From Auanema rhodensis (lineage: Eukaryota > Animalia > Nematoda): a stretch of 64,000 nucleotides of DNA. Positions 42,001-57,300 of the stretch are shown here, one piece after another (positions within the stretch are counted from its first letter, which is position 1; each line of letters starts with the position of its first letter). The notes below the pieces were generated by a model. That model worked only from the letters and a program-made list of their open reading frames with translations. It did no database searches and had not been told where the DNA came from. The translations under genes and the position numbers were made by a program. The stretch lies in assembly GCA_964057225.1 (NCBI GenBank), contig CAXKVF010000077.1, positions 124,001 through 188,000 on the forward strand, read 5' to 3'.

Positions 42001-45000
42001 GACATGGGGAATCTAATTTTGAAAACCGCATCTCTTTATCTTTCACGTGAAGCGAGTTACATACCAAGTGCACATCACGTGTACATTTAATTAGCATAAA
42101 TTAAAGTTCACGTAAATTTCAAAGTCATGGTTACCATGAACCAATATCAATAAAAATTTGTTTTAAGACTAATATGGACATGGGGAATCTAATTTTGAAA
42201 ACCGCATCTCTTTATCTTTCACGTGAAGCGAGTTACATACCAAGTGCACATCACGTGTACATTTAATTAGCATAAATTAAAGTTCACGTAAATTTCAAAG
42301 TCATGGTTACCATGAACCAATATCAATAAAAATTTGTTTTTAGACTAATATGGACATGGGGAATCTAATTTTGAAAACCGCATCTCTTTATCTTTCACGT
42401 GAAGCGAGTTACATACCAAGTGCACATCACGTGTACATTTAATTAGCATAAATTAAAGTTCACGTAAATTTCAAAGTCATGGTTACCATGAACCAATATC
42501 AATAAAAATTTGTTTTTAGACTAATATGGACATGGGGAATCTAATTTTGAAAACCGCATCTCTTTATCTTTCACGTGAAGCGAGTTACATACCAAGTGCA
42601 CATCACGTGTACATTTAATTAGCATAAATTAAAGTTCACGTAAATTTCAAAGTCATGGTTACCATGAACCAATATCAATAAAAATTTGTTTTTAGACTAA
42701 TATGGACATGGGGAATCTAATTTTGAAAACCGCATCTCTTTATCTTTCACGTGAAGCGAGTTACATACCAAGTGCACATCACGTGTACATTTAATTAGCA
42801 TAAATTAAAGTTCACGTAAATTTCAAAGTCATGGTTACCATGCACCAATATCAATAAACATTTGTTTTTAGACTAATATGGACATGGGGAATCTAATTTT
42901 GAAAACCGCATCTCTTTATCTTTCACGTGAAGCGAGTTACATACCAAGTGCACATCACGTGTATATTTAATTAGCATAAATTAAAGTTCACGTAAATTTC
43001 AAAGTCATGGTTACCATGAACCAATATCAATAAAAATTTGTTTTTAGACTAATATGGACATGGGGAATCTAATTTTGAAAACCGCATCTCTTTATCTTTC
43101 ACGTGAAGCGAGTTACATACCAAGTGCACATCACGTGTACATTTAATTAGCATAAATTAAAGTTCACGTAAATTTCAAAGTCATGGTTACCATGCACCAA
43201 TATCAATAAAAATTTGTTTTTAGACTAATATGGACATGGGGAATCTAATTTTGAAAACCGCATCTCTTTATCTTTCACGTGAAGCGAGTTACATACCAAG
43301 TGCACATCACGTGTACATTTAATTAGCATAAATTAAAGTTCACGTAAATTTCAAAGTCATGGTTACCATGAAGCAATATCAATAAAAATTTGTTTTTAGA
43401 CTAATATGGACATGGGGAATCTAATTTTGAAAACCGCATCTTTTTATCTTTCACGTGAAGCGAGTTACATACCAAGTGCACATCACGTGTACATTTAATT
43501 AGCATAAATTAAAGTTCACGTAAATTTCAAAGTCATGGTTACCATGCACCAATATCAATAAAAATTTGTTTTTAGACTAATATGGACATGGGGAATCTAA
43601 TTTTGAAAACCGCATCTCTTCATCTTTTACGTGAAGCGAGTTACATACCAAGTGCACATCACGTGTACATTTAATGAGCATAAATTAAAGTTCACGTAAA
43701 TTTCAAAGTGATGGTTACCATGAACTAATATCAATAAAAATTTGTTTTTAGACTAATATGGACATGGGAAATCTAATTTTGAAAACCGCATCTCTTTATC
43801 TTTCACGTGAAGCGAGTTACATACCAAGTGCACATCACGTGTACATTTAATTAGCATAAATTAAAGTTCACGTAAATTTCAAAGTCATGGTTACCATGAA
43901 CCAATATCAATAAAAATTTGTTTTAAGACTAATATGGACATGGGGAATCTAATTTTGAAAACCGCATCTTTTTATCTTTCACGTGAAGCGAGTTACATAC
44001 CAAGTGCACATCACGTGTACATTTAATTAGCATAAATTAAAGTTCACGTAAATTTCAAAGTCATGGTTACCATGAACCAATATCAATAAAAATTTGTTTT
44101 TAGACTAATATGGACATGGGGAATCTAATTTTGAAAACCGCATCTCTTTATCTTTCACGTGAAGCGAGTTACATACCAAGTGCACATCACGTGTACATTT
44201 AATTAGCATAAATTAAAGTTCACGTAAATTTCAAAGTCATGGTTACCATGAACCAATATCAATAAAAATTTGTTTTTAGACTAATATGGACATGGGGAAT
44301 CTAATTTTGAAAACCGCATCTCTTTATCTTTCACGTGAAGCGAGTTACATACCAAGTGCACATCACGTGTACATTTAATTAGCATAAATTAAAGTTCACG
44401 TAAATTTCAAAGTCATGGTTACCATGAACCAATATCAATAAAAATTTGTTTTAAGACTAATATGGACATGGGGAATCTAATTTTGAAAACCGCATCTTTT
44501 TATCTTTCACGTGAAGCGAGTTACATACCAAGTGCACATCACGTGTACATTTAATTAGCATAAATTAAAGTTCACGTAAATTTCAAAGTCATGGTTACCA
44601 TGAACCAATATCAATAAAAATTTGTTTTTAGACTAATATGGACATGGGGAATCTAATTTTGAAAACCGCATCTCTTTATCTTTCACGTGAAGCGAGTTAC
44701 ATACCAAGTGCACATCACGTGTACATTTAATTAGCATAAATTAAAGTTCACGTAAATTTCAAAGTCATGGTTACCATGCACCAATATCAATAAAAATTTG
44801 TTTTTAGACTAATATGGACATGGGGAATCTAATTTTGAAAACCGCATCTCTTCATCTTTTACGTGAAGCGAGTTACATACCAAGTGCACATCACGTGTAC
44901 ATTTAATGAGCATAAATTAAAGTTCACGTAAATTTCAAAGTCATGGTTACCATGAACTAATATCAATAAAAATTTGTTTTTAGACTAATATGGACATGGG

Positions 45001-48000
45001 GAATCTAATTTTGAAAACCGCATCTCTTTATCTTTCACGTGAAGCGAGTTACATACCAAGTGCACATCACGTGTACATTTAATTAGCATAAATTAAAGTT
45101 CACGTAAATTTCAAAGTCATGGTTACCATGAACCAATATCAATAAAAATTTGTTTTAAGACTAATATGGACATGGGGAATCTAATTTTGAAAACCGCATC
45201 TCTTTATCTTTCACGTGAAGCGAGTTACATACCAAGTGCACATCACGTGTACATTTAATTAGCATAAATTAAAGTTCACGTAAATTTCAAAGTCATGGTT
45301 ACCATGAACCAATATCAATAAAAATTTGTTTTTAGACTAATATGGACATGGGGAATCTAATTTTGAAAACCGCATCTCTTTATCTTTCACGTGAAGCGAG
45401 TTACATACCAAGTGCACATCACGTGTACATTTAATTAGCATAAATTAAAGTTCACGTAAATTTCAAAGTCATGGTTACCATGAACCAATATCAATAAAAA
45501 TTTGTTTTTAGACTAATATGGACATGGGGAATCTAATTTTGAAAACCGCATCTCTTTATCTTTCACGTGAAGCGAGTTACATACCAAGTGCACATCACGT
45601 GTACATTTAATTAGCATAAATTAAAGTTCACGTAAATTTCAAAGTCATGGTTACCATGAACCAATATCAATAAAAATTTGTTTTTAGACTAATATGGACA
45701 TGGGGAATCTAATTTTGAAAACCGCATCTCTTTATCTTTCACGTGAAGCGAGTTACATACCAAGTGCACATCACGTGTACATTTAATTAGCATAAATTAA
45801 AGTTCACGTAAATTTCAAAGTCATGTTTACCATGCACCAATATCAATAAACATTTGTTTTTAGACTAATATGGACATGGGGAATCTAATTTTGAAAACCG
45901 CATCTCTTTATCTTTCACGTGAAGCGAGTTACATACCAAGTGCACATCACGTGTACATTTAATTAGCATAAATTAAAGTTCACGTAAATTTCAAAGTCAT
46001 GGTTACCATGAACCAATATCAATAAAAATTTGTTTTTAGACTAATATGGACATGGGGAATCTAATTTTGAAAACCGCATCTCTTTATCTTTCACGTGAAG
46101 CGAGTTACATACCAAGTGCACATCACGTGTACATTTAATTAGCATAAATTAAAGTTCACGTAAATTTCAAAGTCATGGTTACCATGCACCAATATCAATA
46201 AAAATTTGTTTTTAGACTAATATGGACATGGGGAATCTAATTTTGAAAACCGCATCTCTTTATCTTTCACGTGAAGCGAGTTACATACCAAGTGCACATC
46301 ACGTGTACATTTAATTAGCATAAATTAAAGTTCACGTAAATTTCAAAGTCATGGTTACCATGAACCAATATCAATAAAAATTTGTTTTTAGACTAATATG
46401 GACATGGGGAATCTAATTTTGAAAACCGCATCTCTTTATCTTTCACGTGAAGCGAGTTACATACCAAGTGCACATCACGTGTACATTTAATTAGCATAAA
46501 TTAAAGTTCACGTAAATTTCAAAGTCATGGTTACCATGAAGCAATATCAATAAAAATTTGTTTTTAGACTAATATGGACATGGGGAATCTAATTTTGAAA
46601 ACCGCATCTTTTTATCTTTCACGTGAAGCGAGTTACATACCAAGTGCACATCACGTGTACATTTAATTAGCATAAATTAAAGTTCACGTAAATTTCAAAG
46701 TCATGGTTACCATGCACCAATATCAATAAAAATTTGTTTTTAGACTAATATGGACATGGGGAATCTAATTTTGAAAACCGCATCTCTTTATCTTTCACGT
46801 GAAGCGAGTTACATACCTAGTGCACATCACGTGTACATTTAATTAGCATAAATTAAAGTTCACGTAAATTTCAAAGTCATAGTTACCATGAACCAATATC
46901 AATAAAAATTTGTTTTTAGACTAATATGGACATGGGGAATCTAATTTTGAAAACCGCATCTCTTTATCTTTCACGTGAAGCGAGTTACATACCAAGTGCA
47001 CATCACGTGTACATTTAATTAGCATAAATTAAAGTTCACGTAAATTTCAAAGTCATGGTTACCATGAAGCAATATCAATAAAAATTTCTTTTAGACTAAT
47101 ATGGACATGGGAAATCTAATTTTGAAAACCGCATCTCTTTATCTTTCACGTGAAGCGAGTTACATACCAAGTGCACATCACGTGTACATTTAATTAGCAT
47201 AAATTAAAGTTCACGTAAATTTCAAAGTCATGGTTACCATGAACCAATATCAATAAAAATTTGTTTTTAGACTAATATGGACATGGGGAATCTAATTTTG
47301 AAAACCGCATCTCTTTATCTTTCACGTGAAGCGAGTTACATACCAAGTGCACATCACGTGTACATTTAATTAGCATAAATTAAAGTTCACGTAAATTTCA
47401 AAGTCATGGTTACCATGCACCAATATCAATAAAAATTTGTTTTTAGACTAATATGGACATGGGGGATCTAATTTTGAAAACCGCATCTCTTTATCTTTCA
47501 CGTGAAGCGAGTTACATACCAAGTGCACATCACGTGTACATTTAATTAGCATAAATTAAAGTTCACGTAAATTTCAAAGTCATGGTTACCATGAACCAAT
47601 ATCAATAAAAATTTGTTTTTAGACTAATATGGACATGGGGAAACTAATTTTGAAAACCGCATCTCTTTATCTTTCACGTGAAGCGAGTTACATACCAAGT
47701 GCACATCACGTGTACATTTAATTAGCATAAATTAAAGTTCACGTAAATTTCAAAGTCATGGTTACCATGAACCAATATCAATAAAAATTTGTTTTTAGAC
47801 TAATATGGACATGGGGAATCTAATTTTGAAAACCGCATCTCTTTATCTTTTACGTGAAGCGAGTTACATACCAAGTGCACATCACGTGTACATTTAATTA
47901 GCATAAATTAAAGTTCACGTAAATTTCAAAGTCATGGTTACCATGAACCAATATCAATAGAAATTTGTTTTTAGACTAATATGGACATGGGGAATCTAAT

Positions 48001-50859
48001 TTTGAAAACCGCATCTCTTTATCTTTCACGTGAAGCGAGTTACATACCAAGTGCACATCACGTGTACATTTAATTAGCATAAATTAAAGTTCACGTAAAT
48101 TTCAAAGTCATGGTTACCATGCACCAATATCAATAAAAATTTGTTTTTAGACTAATATGGACATGGGGAATCTAATTTTGAAAACCGCATCTCTTCATCT
48201 TTCACGTGAAGCGAGTTACATACCAAGTGCACATCACGTGTACATTTAATTAGCATAAATTAAAGTTCACGTAAATTTCAAAGTCATGGTTACCATGCAC
48301 CAATATCAATAAAAATTTGTTTTTAGACTAATATGGACATGGGGGATCTAATTTTGAAAACCGCATCTCTTTATCTTTCACGTGAAGCGAGTTACATACC
48401 AAGTGCACATCACGTGTACATTTAATTAGCATAAATTAAAGTTCACGTAAATTTCAAAGTCATGGTTACCATGAAGCAATATCAATAAAAATTTGTTTTT
48501 AGACTAATATGGACATGGGGAATCTAATTTTGAAAACCGCATCTCTTCATCTTTCACGTGAAGCGAGTTACATACCAAGTGCACATCACGTGTACATTTA
48601 ATTAGCATAAATTAAAGTTCACGTAAATTTCAAAGTCATGGTTATCATGAACCAATATCAATAAAAATTTGTTTTTGACTAATATGGACATGGGGAATCT
48701 AATTTTGAAAACCGCATCTCTTCATCTTTCACGTGAAGCGAGTTACATACCAAGTGCACATCACGTGTACATTTAATTAGCATAAATTAAAGTTCACGTA
48801 AATTTCAAAGTCATGGTTACCATGCACCAATATCAATAAAAATTTGTTTTTGACTAATATGGACATGGGGAATCTAATTTTGAAAACCGCATCTCTTTAT
48901 CTTTCACGTGAAGCGAGTTACATACCAAGTGCACATCACGTGTACATTTAATTAGCATAAATTAAAGTTCACGTAAATTTCAAAGTCATGGTTACCATGA
49001 CCCAATATCAATAAAAATTTGTTTTTAGACTAATATGGACATGGGGAATCTAATTTTGAAAACCGCATCTCTTTATCTTTCACGTGAAGCGAGTTACATA
49101 CCAAGTGCACATCACGTGTACATTTAATTAGCATAAATTAAAGTTCACGTAAATTTCAAAGTCATGGTTACCATGCACCAATATCAATAAAAATTTGTTT
49201 TTAGACTAATATGGACATGGGGAATCTAATTTTGAAAACCGCATCTCTTTATCTTTCACGTGAAGCGAGTTACATACCAAGTGCACATCACGTGTACATT
49301 TAATTAGCTTAAATTAAAGTTCACGTAAATTTCAAAGTCATGGTTACCATGCACCAATATCAATAAAAATTTGTTTTTAGACTAATATGGACATGGGGGA
49401 TCTAATTTTGAAAACCGCATCTCTTTATCTTTCACGTGAAGCGAGTTACATACCAAGTGCACATCACGTGTACATTTAATTAGCATAAATTAAAGTTCAC
49501 GTAAATTTCAAAGTCATGGTTACCATGAACCAATATCAATAAAAATTTGTTTTTAGACTAATATGGACATGGGGAATCTAATTTTGAAAACCGCATCTCT
49601 TTATCTTTCACGTGAAGCGAGTTACATACCAAGTGCACATCACGTGTACATTTAATTAGCATAAATTAAAGTTCACGTAAATTTCAAAGTCATGGTTACC
49701 ATGAACCAATATCAATAAAAATTTGTTTTTAGACTAATATGGACATGGGGAATCTAATTTTGAAAACCGCATCTCTTTATCTTTCACGTGAAGCGAGTTA
49801 CATACCAAGTGCACATCACGTGTACATTTAATTAGCTTAAATTAAAGTTCACGTAAATTTCAAAGTCATGGTTACCATGCACCAATATCAATAAAAATTT
49901 GTTTTTAGACTAATATGGACATGGGGGATCTAATTTTGAAAACCGCATCTCTTTATCTTTCACGTGAAGCGAGTTACATACCAAGTGCACATCACGTGTA
50001 CATTTAATTAGCATAAATTAAAGTTCACGTAAATTTCAAAGTCATGGTTACCATGAACCAATATCAATAAAAATTTGTTTTTAGACTAATATGGACATGG
50101 GGAAACTAATTTTGAAAACCGCATCTCTTTATCTTTCACGTGAAGCGAGTTACATACCAAGTGCACATCACGTGTACATTTAATTAGCATAAATTAAAGT
50201 TCACGTAAATTTCAAAGTCATGGTTACCATGAACCAATATCAATAAAAATTTGTTTTTAGACTAATATGGACATGGGGAATCTAATTTTGAAAACCGCAT
50301 CTCTTTATCTTTCACGTGAAGCGAGTTACATACCAAGTGCACATCACGTGTACATTTAATTAGCATAAATTAAAGTTCACGTAAATTTCAAAGTCATGGT
50401 TACCATGCACCAATATCAATAAAAATTTGTTTTTAGACTAATATGGACATGGGGGATTTAATTTTGAAAACCGCATCTCTTTATCTTTCACGTGAAGCGA
50501 GTTACATACCAAGTGCACATCACGTGTACATTTAATTAGCATAAATTAAAGTTCACGTAAATTTCAAAGTCATGGTTACCATGAAGCAATATCAATAAAA
50601 ATTTGTTTTTAGACTAATATGGACATGGGGAATCTAATTTTGAAAACCGCATCTCTTTATCTTTCACGTGAAGCGAGTTACATACCAAGTGCACATCACG
50701 TGTACATTTAATTAGCATAAATTAAAGTTCACGTAAATTTCAAAGTCATGGTTACCATGAACCAATATCAATAGAAATTTGTTTTTAGACTAATATGGAC
50801 ATGGGGAATCTAATTTTGAAAACCGCATCTCTTTATCTTTCACGTGAAGCGAGTTACAT

Positions 50860-53800
50860 ACCAAGTGCACATCACGTGTACATTTAATTAGCATAAATTA
50901 AAGTTCACGTAAATTTCAAAGTCATGGTTACCATGCACCAATATCAATAAAAATTTGTTTTTAGACTAATATGGACATGGGGAATCTAATTTTGAAAACC
51001 GCATCTCTTCATCTTTCACGTGAAGCGAGTTACATACCAAGTGCACATCACGTGTACATTTAATTAGCATAAATTAAAGTTCACGTAAATTTCAAAGTCA
51101 TGGTTACCATGCACCAATATCAATAAAAATTTGTTTTTAGACTAATATGGACATGGGGGATCTAATTTTGAAAACCGCATCTCTTTATCTTTCACGTGAA
51201 GCGAGTTACATACCAAGTGCACATCACGTGTACATTTAATTAGCATAAATTAAAGTTCACGTAAATTTCAAAGTCATGGTTACCATGAAGCAATATCAAT
51301 AAAAATTTGTTTTTAGACTAATATGGACATGGGGAATCTAATTTTGAAAACCGCATCTCTTCATCTTTCACGTGAAGCGAGTTACATACCAAGTGCACAT
51401 CACGTGTACATTTAATTAGCATAAATTAAAGTTCACGTAAATTTCAAAGTCATGGTTACCATTCACCAATATCAATAAAAATTTGTTTTTAGACTAATAT
51501 GGACATGGGGAATCTAATTTTGAAAACCGCATCTCTTTATCTTTCACGTGAAGCGAGTTACATACCAAGTGCACATCACGTGTACATTTAATTAGCATAA
51601 ATTAAAGTTCACGTAAATTTCAAAGTCATGGTTACCATGACCCAATATCAATAAAAATTTGTTTTTAGACTAATATGGACATGGGGAATCTAATTTTGAA
51701 AACCGCATCTCTTTATCTTTCACGTGAAGCGAGTTACATACCAAGTGCACATCACGTGTACATTTAATTAGCATAAATTAAAGTTCACGTAAATTTCAAA
51801 GTCATGGTTACCATGAACCAATATCAATAAAAATTTGTTTTTAGACTAATATGGACATGGGGAATCTAATTTTAAAAACCGCATCTCTTTATCTTTCACG
51901 TGAAGCGAGTTACATACCAAGTGCACATCACGTGTACATTTAATTAGCATAAATTAAAGTTCACGTAAATTTCAAAGTCATGGTTACCATGCACCAATAT
52001 CAATAAAAATTTGTTTTTAGACTAATATGGACATGGGGAATCTAATTTTGAAAACCGCATCTCTTTATCTTTCACGTGAAGCGAGTTACATACCAAGTGC
52101 ACATCACGTGTACATTTAATTAGCATAAATTAAAGTTCACGTAAATTTCAAAGTCATGGTTACCATGAACCAATATCAATAAAAATTTGTTTTTAGACTA
52201 ATATGGACATGGGGAATCTAATTTTGAAAACCGCATCTCTTTATCTTTCACGTGAAGCGAGTTACATACCAAGTGCACATCACGTGTACATTTAATTAGC
52301 ATAAATTAAAGTTCACGTAAATTTCAAAGTCATGGTTACCATGAACCAATATCAATAAAAATTTGTTTTTAGACTAATATGGACATGGGGAATCTAATTT
52401 TGAAAACCGCATCTCTTTATCTTTCACGTGAAGCGAGTTACATACCAAGTGCACATCACGTGTACATTTAATTAGCATAAATTAAAGTTCACGTAAATTT
52501 CAAAGTCATGGTTACCATGCACCAATATCAATAAAAATTTGTTTTTAGACTAATATGGACATGGGGAATCTAATTTTGAAAACCGCATCTCTTCATCTTT
52601 CACGTGAAGCGAGTTACATACCAAGTGCACATCACGTGTACATTTAATTAGCATAAATTAAAGTTCACGTAAATTTCAAAGTCATGGTTACCATGCACCA
52701 ATATCAATAAAAATTTGTTTTTAGACTAATATGGACATGGGGGATCTAATTTTGAAAACCGCATCTCTTTATCTTTCACGTGAAGCGAGTTACATACCAA
52801 GTGCACATCACGTGTACATTTAATTAGCATAAATTAAAGTTCACGTAAATTTCAAAGTCATGGTTACCATGCACCAATATCAATAAAAATTTGTTTTTAG
52901 ACTAATATGGACATGGGGAATCTAATTTTGAAAACCGCATCTCTTCATCTTTCACGTGAAGCGAGTTACATACCAAGTGCACATCACGTGTACATTTAAT
53001 TAGCATAAATTAAAGTTCACGTAAATTTCAAAGTCATGGTTACCATGCACCAATATCAATAAAAATTTGTTTTTAGACTAATATGGACATGGGGGATCTA
53101 ATTTTGAAAACCGCATCTCTTTATCTTTCACGTGAAGCGAGTTACATACCAAGTGCACATCACGTGTACATTTAATTAGCATAAATTAAAGTTCACGTAA
53201 ATTTCAAAGTCATGGTTACCATGAAGCAATATCAATAAAAATTTGTTTTTAGACTAATATGGACATGGGGAATCTAATTTTGAAAACCGCATCTCTTCAT
53301 CTTTCACGTGAAGCGAGTTACATACCAAGTGCACATCACGTGTACATTTAATTAGCATAAATTAAAGTTCACGTAAATTTCAAAGTCATGGTTACCATTC
53401 ACCAATATCAATAAAAATTTGTTTTTAGACTAATATGGACATGGGGAATCTAATTTTGAAAACCGCATCTCTTTATCTTTCACGTGAAGCGAGTTACATA
53501 CCAAGTGCACATCACGTGTACATTTAATTAGCATAAATTAAAGTTCACGTAAATTTCAAAGTCATGGTTACCATGACCCAATATCAATAAAAATTTGTTT
53601 TTAGACTAATATGGACATGGGGAATCTAATTTTGAAAACCGCATCTCTTTATCTTTCACGTGAAGCGAGTTACATACCAAGTGCACATCACGTGTACATT
53701 TAATTAGCATAAATTAAAGTTCACGTAAATTTCAAAGTCATGGTTACCATGAACCAATATCAATAAAAATTTGTTTTTAGACTAATATGGACATGGGGAA

Positions 53801-54379
53801 TCTAATTTTAAAAACCGCATCTCTTTATCTTTCACGTGAAGCGAGTTACATACCAAGTGCACATCACGTGTACATTTAATTAGCATAAATTAAAGTTCAC
53901 GTAAATTTCAAAGTCATGGTTACCATGCACCAATATCAATAAAAATTTGTTTTTAGACTAATATGGACATGGGGAATCTAATTTTGAAAACCGCATCTCT
54001 TTATCTTTCACGTGAAGCGAGTTACATACCAAGTGCACATCACGTGTACATTTAATTAGCATAAATTAAAGTTCACGTAAATTTCAAAGTCATGGTTACC
54101 ATGAACCAATATCAATAAAAATTTGTTTTTAGACTAATATGGACATGGGGAATCTAATTTTGAAAACCGCATCTCTTTATCTTTCACGTGAAGCGAGTTA
54201 CATACCAAGTGCACATCACGTGTACATTTAATTAGCATAAATTAAAGTTCACGTAAATTTCAAAGTCATGGTTACCATGAACCAATATCAATAAAAATTT
54301 GTTTTTAGACTAATATGGACATGGGGAATCTAATTTTGAAAACCGCATCTCTTTATCTTTCACGTGAAGCGAGTTACAT
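50860..54379. repeat. 9-monomer duplication (M290-298 and M301-309) separated by an extra copy of its first dimer (M299-300)
   Basis: The order T151C; A124G; G79+T151C; G76T; A78C; G135A repeats at +1936 bp. Confidence 0.85.
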
Positions 54380-57300
54380 ACCAAGTGCACATCACGTGTA
54401 CATTTAATTAGCATAAATTAAAGTTCACGTAAATTTCAAAGTCATGGTTACCATGAACCAATATCAATAAAAATTTGTTTTTAGACTAATATGGACATGG
54501 GGAATCTAATTTTGAAAACCGCATCTCTTTATCTTTCACGTGAAGCGAGTTACATACCAAGTGCACATCACGTGTACATTTAATTAGCATAAATTAAAGT
54601 TCACGTAAATTTCAAAGTCATGGTTACCATGAACCAATATCAATAAAAATTTGTTTTTAGACTAATATGGACATGGGGAATCTAATTTTAAAAACCGCAT
54701 CTCTTTATCTTTCACGTGAAGCGAGTTACATACCAAGTGCACATCACGTGTACATTTAATTAGCATAAATTAAAGTTCACGTAAATTTCAAAGTCATGGT
54801 TACCATGCACCAATATCAATAAAAATTTGTTTTTAGACTAATATGGACATGGGGAATCTAATTTTGAAAACCGCATCTCTTTATCTTTCACGTGAAGCGA
54901 GTTACATACCAAGTGCACATCACGTGTACATTTAATTAGCATAAATTAAAGTTCACGTAAATTTCAAAGTCATGGTTACCATGAACCAATATCAATAAAA
55001 ATTTGTTTTTAGACTAATATGGACATGGGGAATCTAATTTTGAAAACCGCATCTCTTTATCTTTCACGTGAAGCGAGTTACATACCAAGTGCACATCACG
55101 TGTACATTTAATTAGCATAAATTAAAGTTCACGTAAATTTCAAAGTCATGGTTACCATGAACCAATATCAATAAAAATTTGTTTTTAGACTAATATGGAC
55201 ATGGGGAATCTAATTTTGAAAACCGCATCTCTTTATCTTTCACGTGAAGCGAGTTACATACCAAGTGCACATCACGTGTACATTTAATTAGCTTAAATTA
55301 AAGTTCACGTAAATTTCAAAGTCATGGTTACCATGCACCAATATCAATAAAAATTTGTTTTTAGACTAATATGGACATGGGGGATCTAATTTTGAAAACC
55401 GCATCTCTTTATCTTTCACGTGAAGCGAGTTACATACCAAGTGCACATCACGTGTACATTTAATTAGCATAAATTAAAGTTCACGTAAATTTCAAAGTCA
55501 TGGTTACCATGAACCAATATCAATAAAAATTTGTTTTTAGACTAATATGGACATGGGGAATCTAATTTTGAAAACCGCATCTCTTTATCTTTCACGTGAA
55601 GCGAGTTACATACCAAGTGCACATCACGTGTACATTTAATTAGCATAAATTAAAGTTCACGTAAATTTCAAAGTCATGGTTACCATGAACCAATATCAAT
55701 AAAAATTTGTTTTTAGACTAATATGGACATGGGGAATCTAATTTTAAAAACCGCATCTCTTTATCTTTCACGTGAAGCGAGTTACATACCAAGTGCACAT
55801 CACGTGTACATTTAATTAGCATAAATTAAAGTTCACGTAAATTTCAAAGTCATGGTTACCATGCACCAATATCAATAAAAATTTGTTTTTAGACTAATAT
55901 GGACATGGGGAATCTAATTTTGAAAACCGCATCTCTTTATCTTTCACGTGAAGCGAGTTACATACCAAGTGCACATCACGTGTACATTTAATTAGCATAA
56001 ATTAAAGTTCACGTAAATTTCAAAGTCATGGTTACCATGCACCAATATCAATAAAAATTTGTTTTTAGACTAATATGGACATGGGGAATGTAATTTTGAA
56101 AACCGCATCTCTTTATCTTTCACGTGAAGCGAGTTACATACCAAGTGCACATCACGTGTACATTTAATTAGCATAAATTAAAGTTCACGTAAATTTCAAA
56201 GTCATGGTTACCATGAACCAATATCAATAAAAATTTGTTTTTAGACTAATATGGACATGGGGAATCTAATTTTGAAAACCGCATCTCTTTATCTTTCACG
56301 TAAAGCGAGTTACATACCAAGTGCACATCACGTGTACATTTAATTAGCATAAATTAAAGTTCACGTAAATTTCAAAGTCATGGTTACCATACACCAATAT
56401 CAATAAAAATTTGTTTTTAGACTAATATGGACATGGGGAATCTAATTTTGAAAACCGCATCTCTTTATCTTTCACGTGAAGCGAGTTACATACCAAGTGC
56501 ACATCACGTGTACATTTAATTAGCATAAATTAAAGTTCACGTAAATTTCAAAGTCATGGTTACCATGCACCAATATCAATAAAAATTTGTTTTTAGACTA
56601 ATATGGACATGGGGAATCTAATTTTGAAAACCGCATCTCTTTATCTTTCACGTGAAGCGAGTTACATACCAAGTGCACATCACGTGTACATTTAATTAGC
56701 ATAAATTAAAGTTCACGTAAATTTCAAAGTCATGGTTACCATGAACCAATATCAATAAAAATTTGTTTTCAGACTAATATGGACATGGGGAATCTAATTT
56801 TGAAAACCGCATCTCTTTATCTTTCACGTGAAGCGAGTTACATACCAAGTGCACATCACGTGTACATTTAATTAGCATAAATTAAAGTTCACGTAAATTT
56901 CAAAGTCATGGTTACCATGCACCAATATCAATAAAAATTTGTTTTTAGACTAATATGGACATGGGGAATCTAATTTTGAAAACCGCATCTATTTATCTTT
57001 CACGTGAAGCGAGTTACATACCAAGTGCACATCACGTGTACATTTAATTAGCATAAATTAAAGTTCACGTAAATTTCAAAGTCATGGTTACCATGCACCA
57101 ATATCAATAAAAATTTGTTTTTAGACTAATATGGACATGGGGAATCTAATTTTGAAAACCGCATCTCTTTATCTTTCACGTGAAGCGAGTTACATACCAA
57201 GTGCACATCACGTGTACATTTAATTAGCATAAATTAAAGTTCACGTAAATTTCAAAGTCATGGTTACCATGCACCAATATCAATAAAAATTTGTTTTTAG

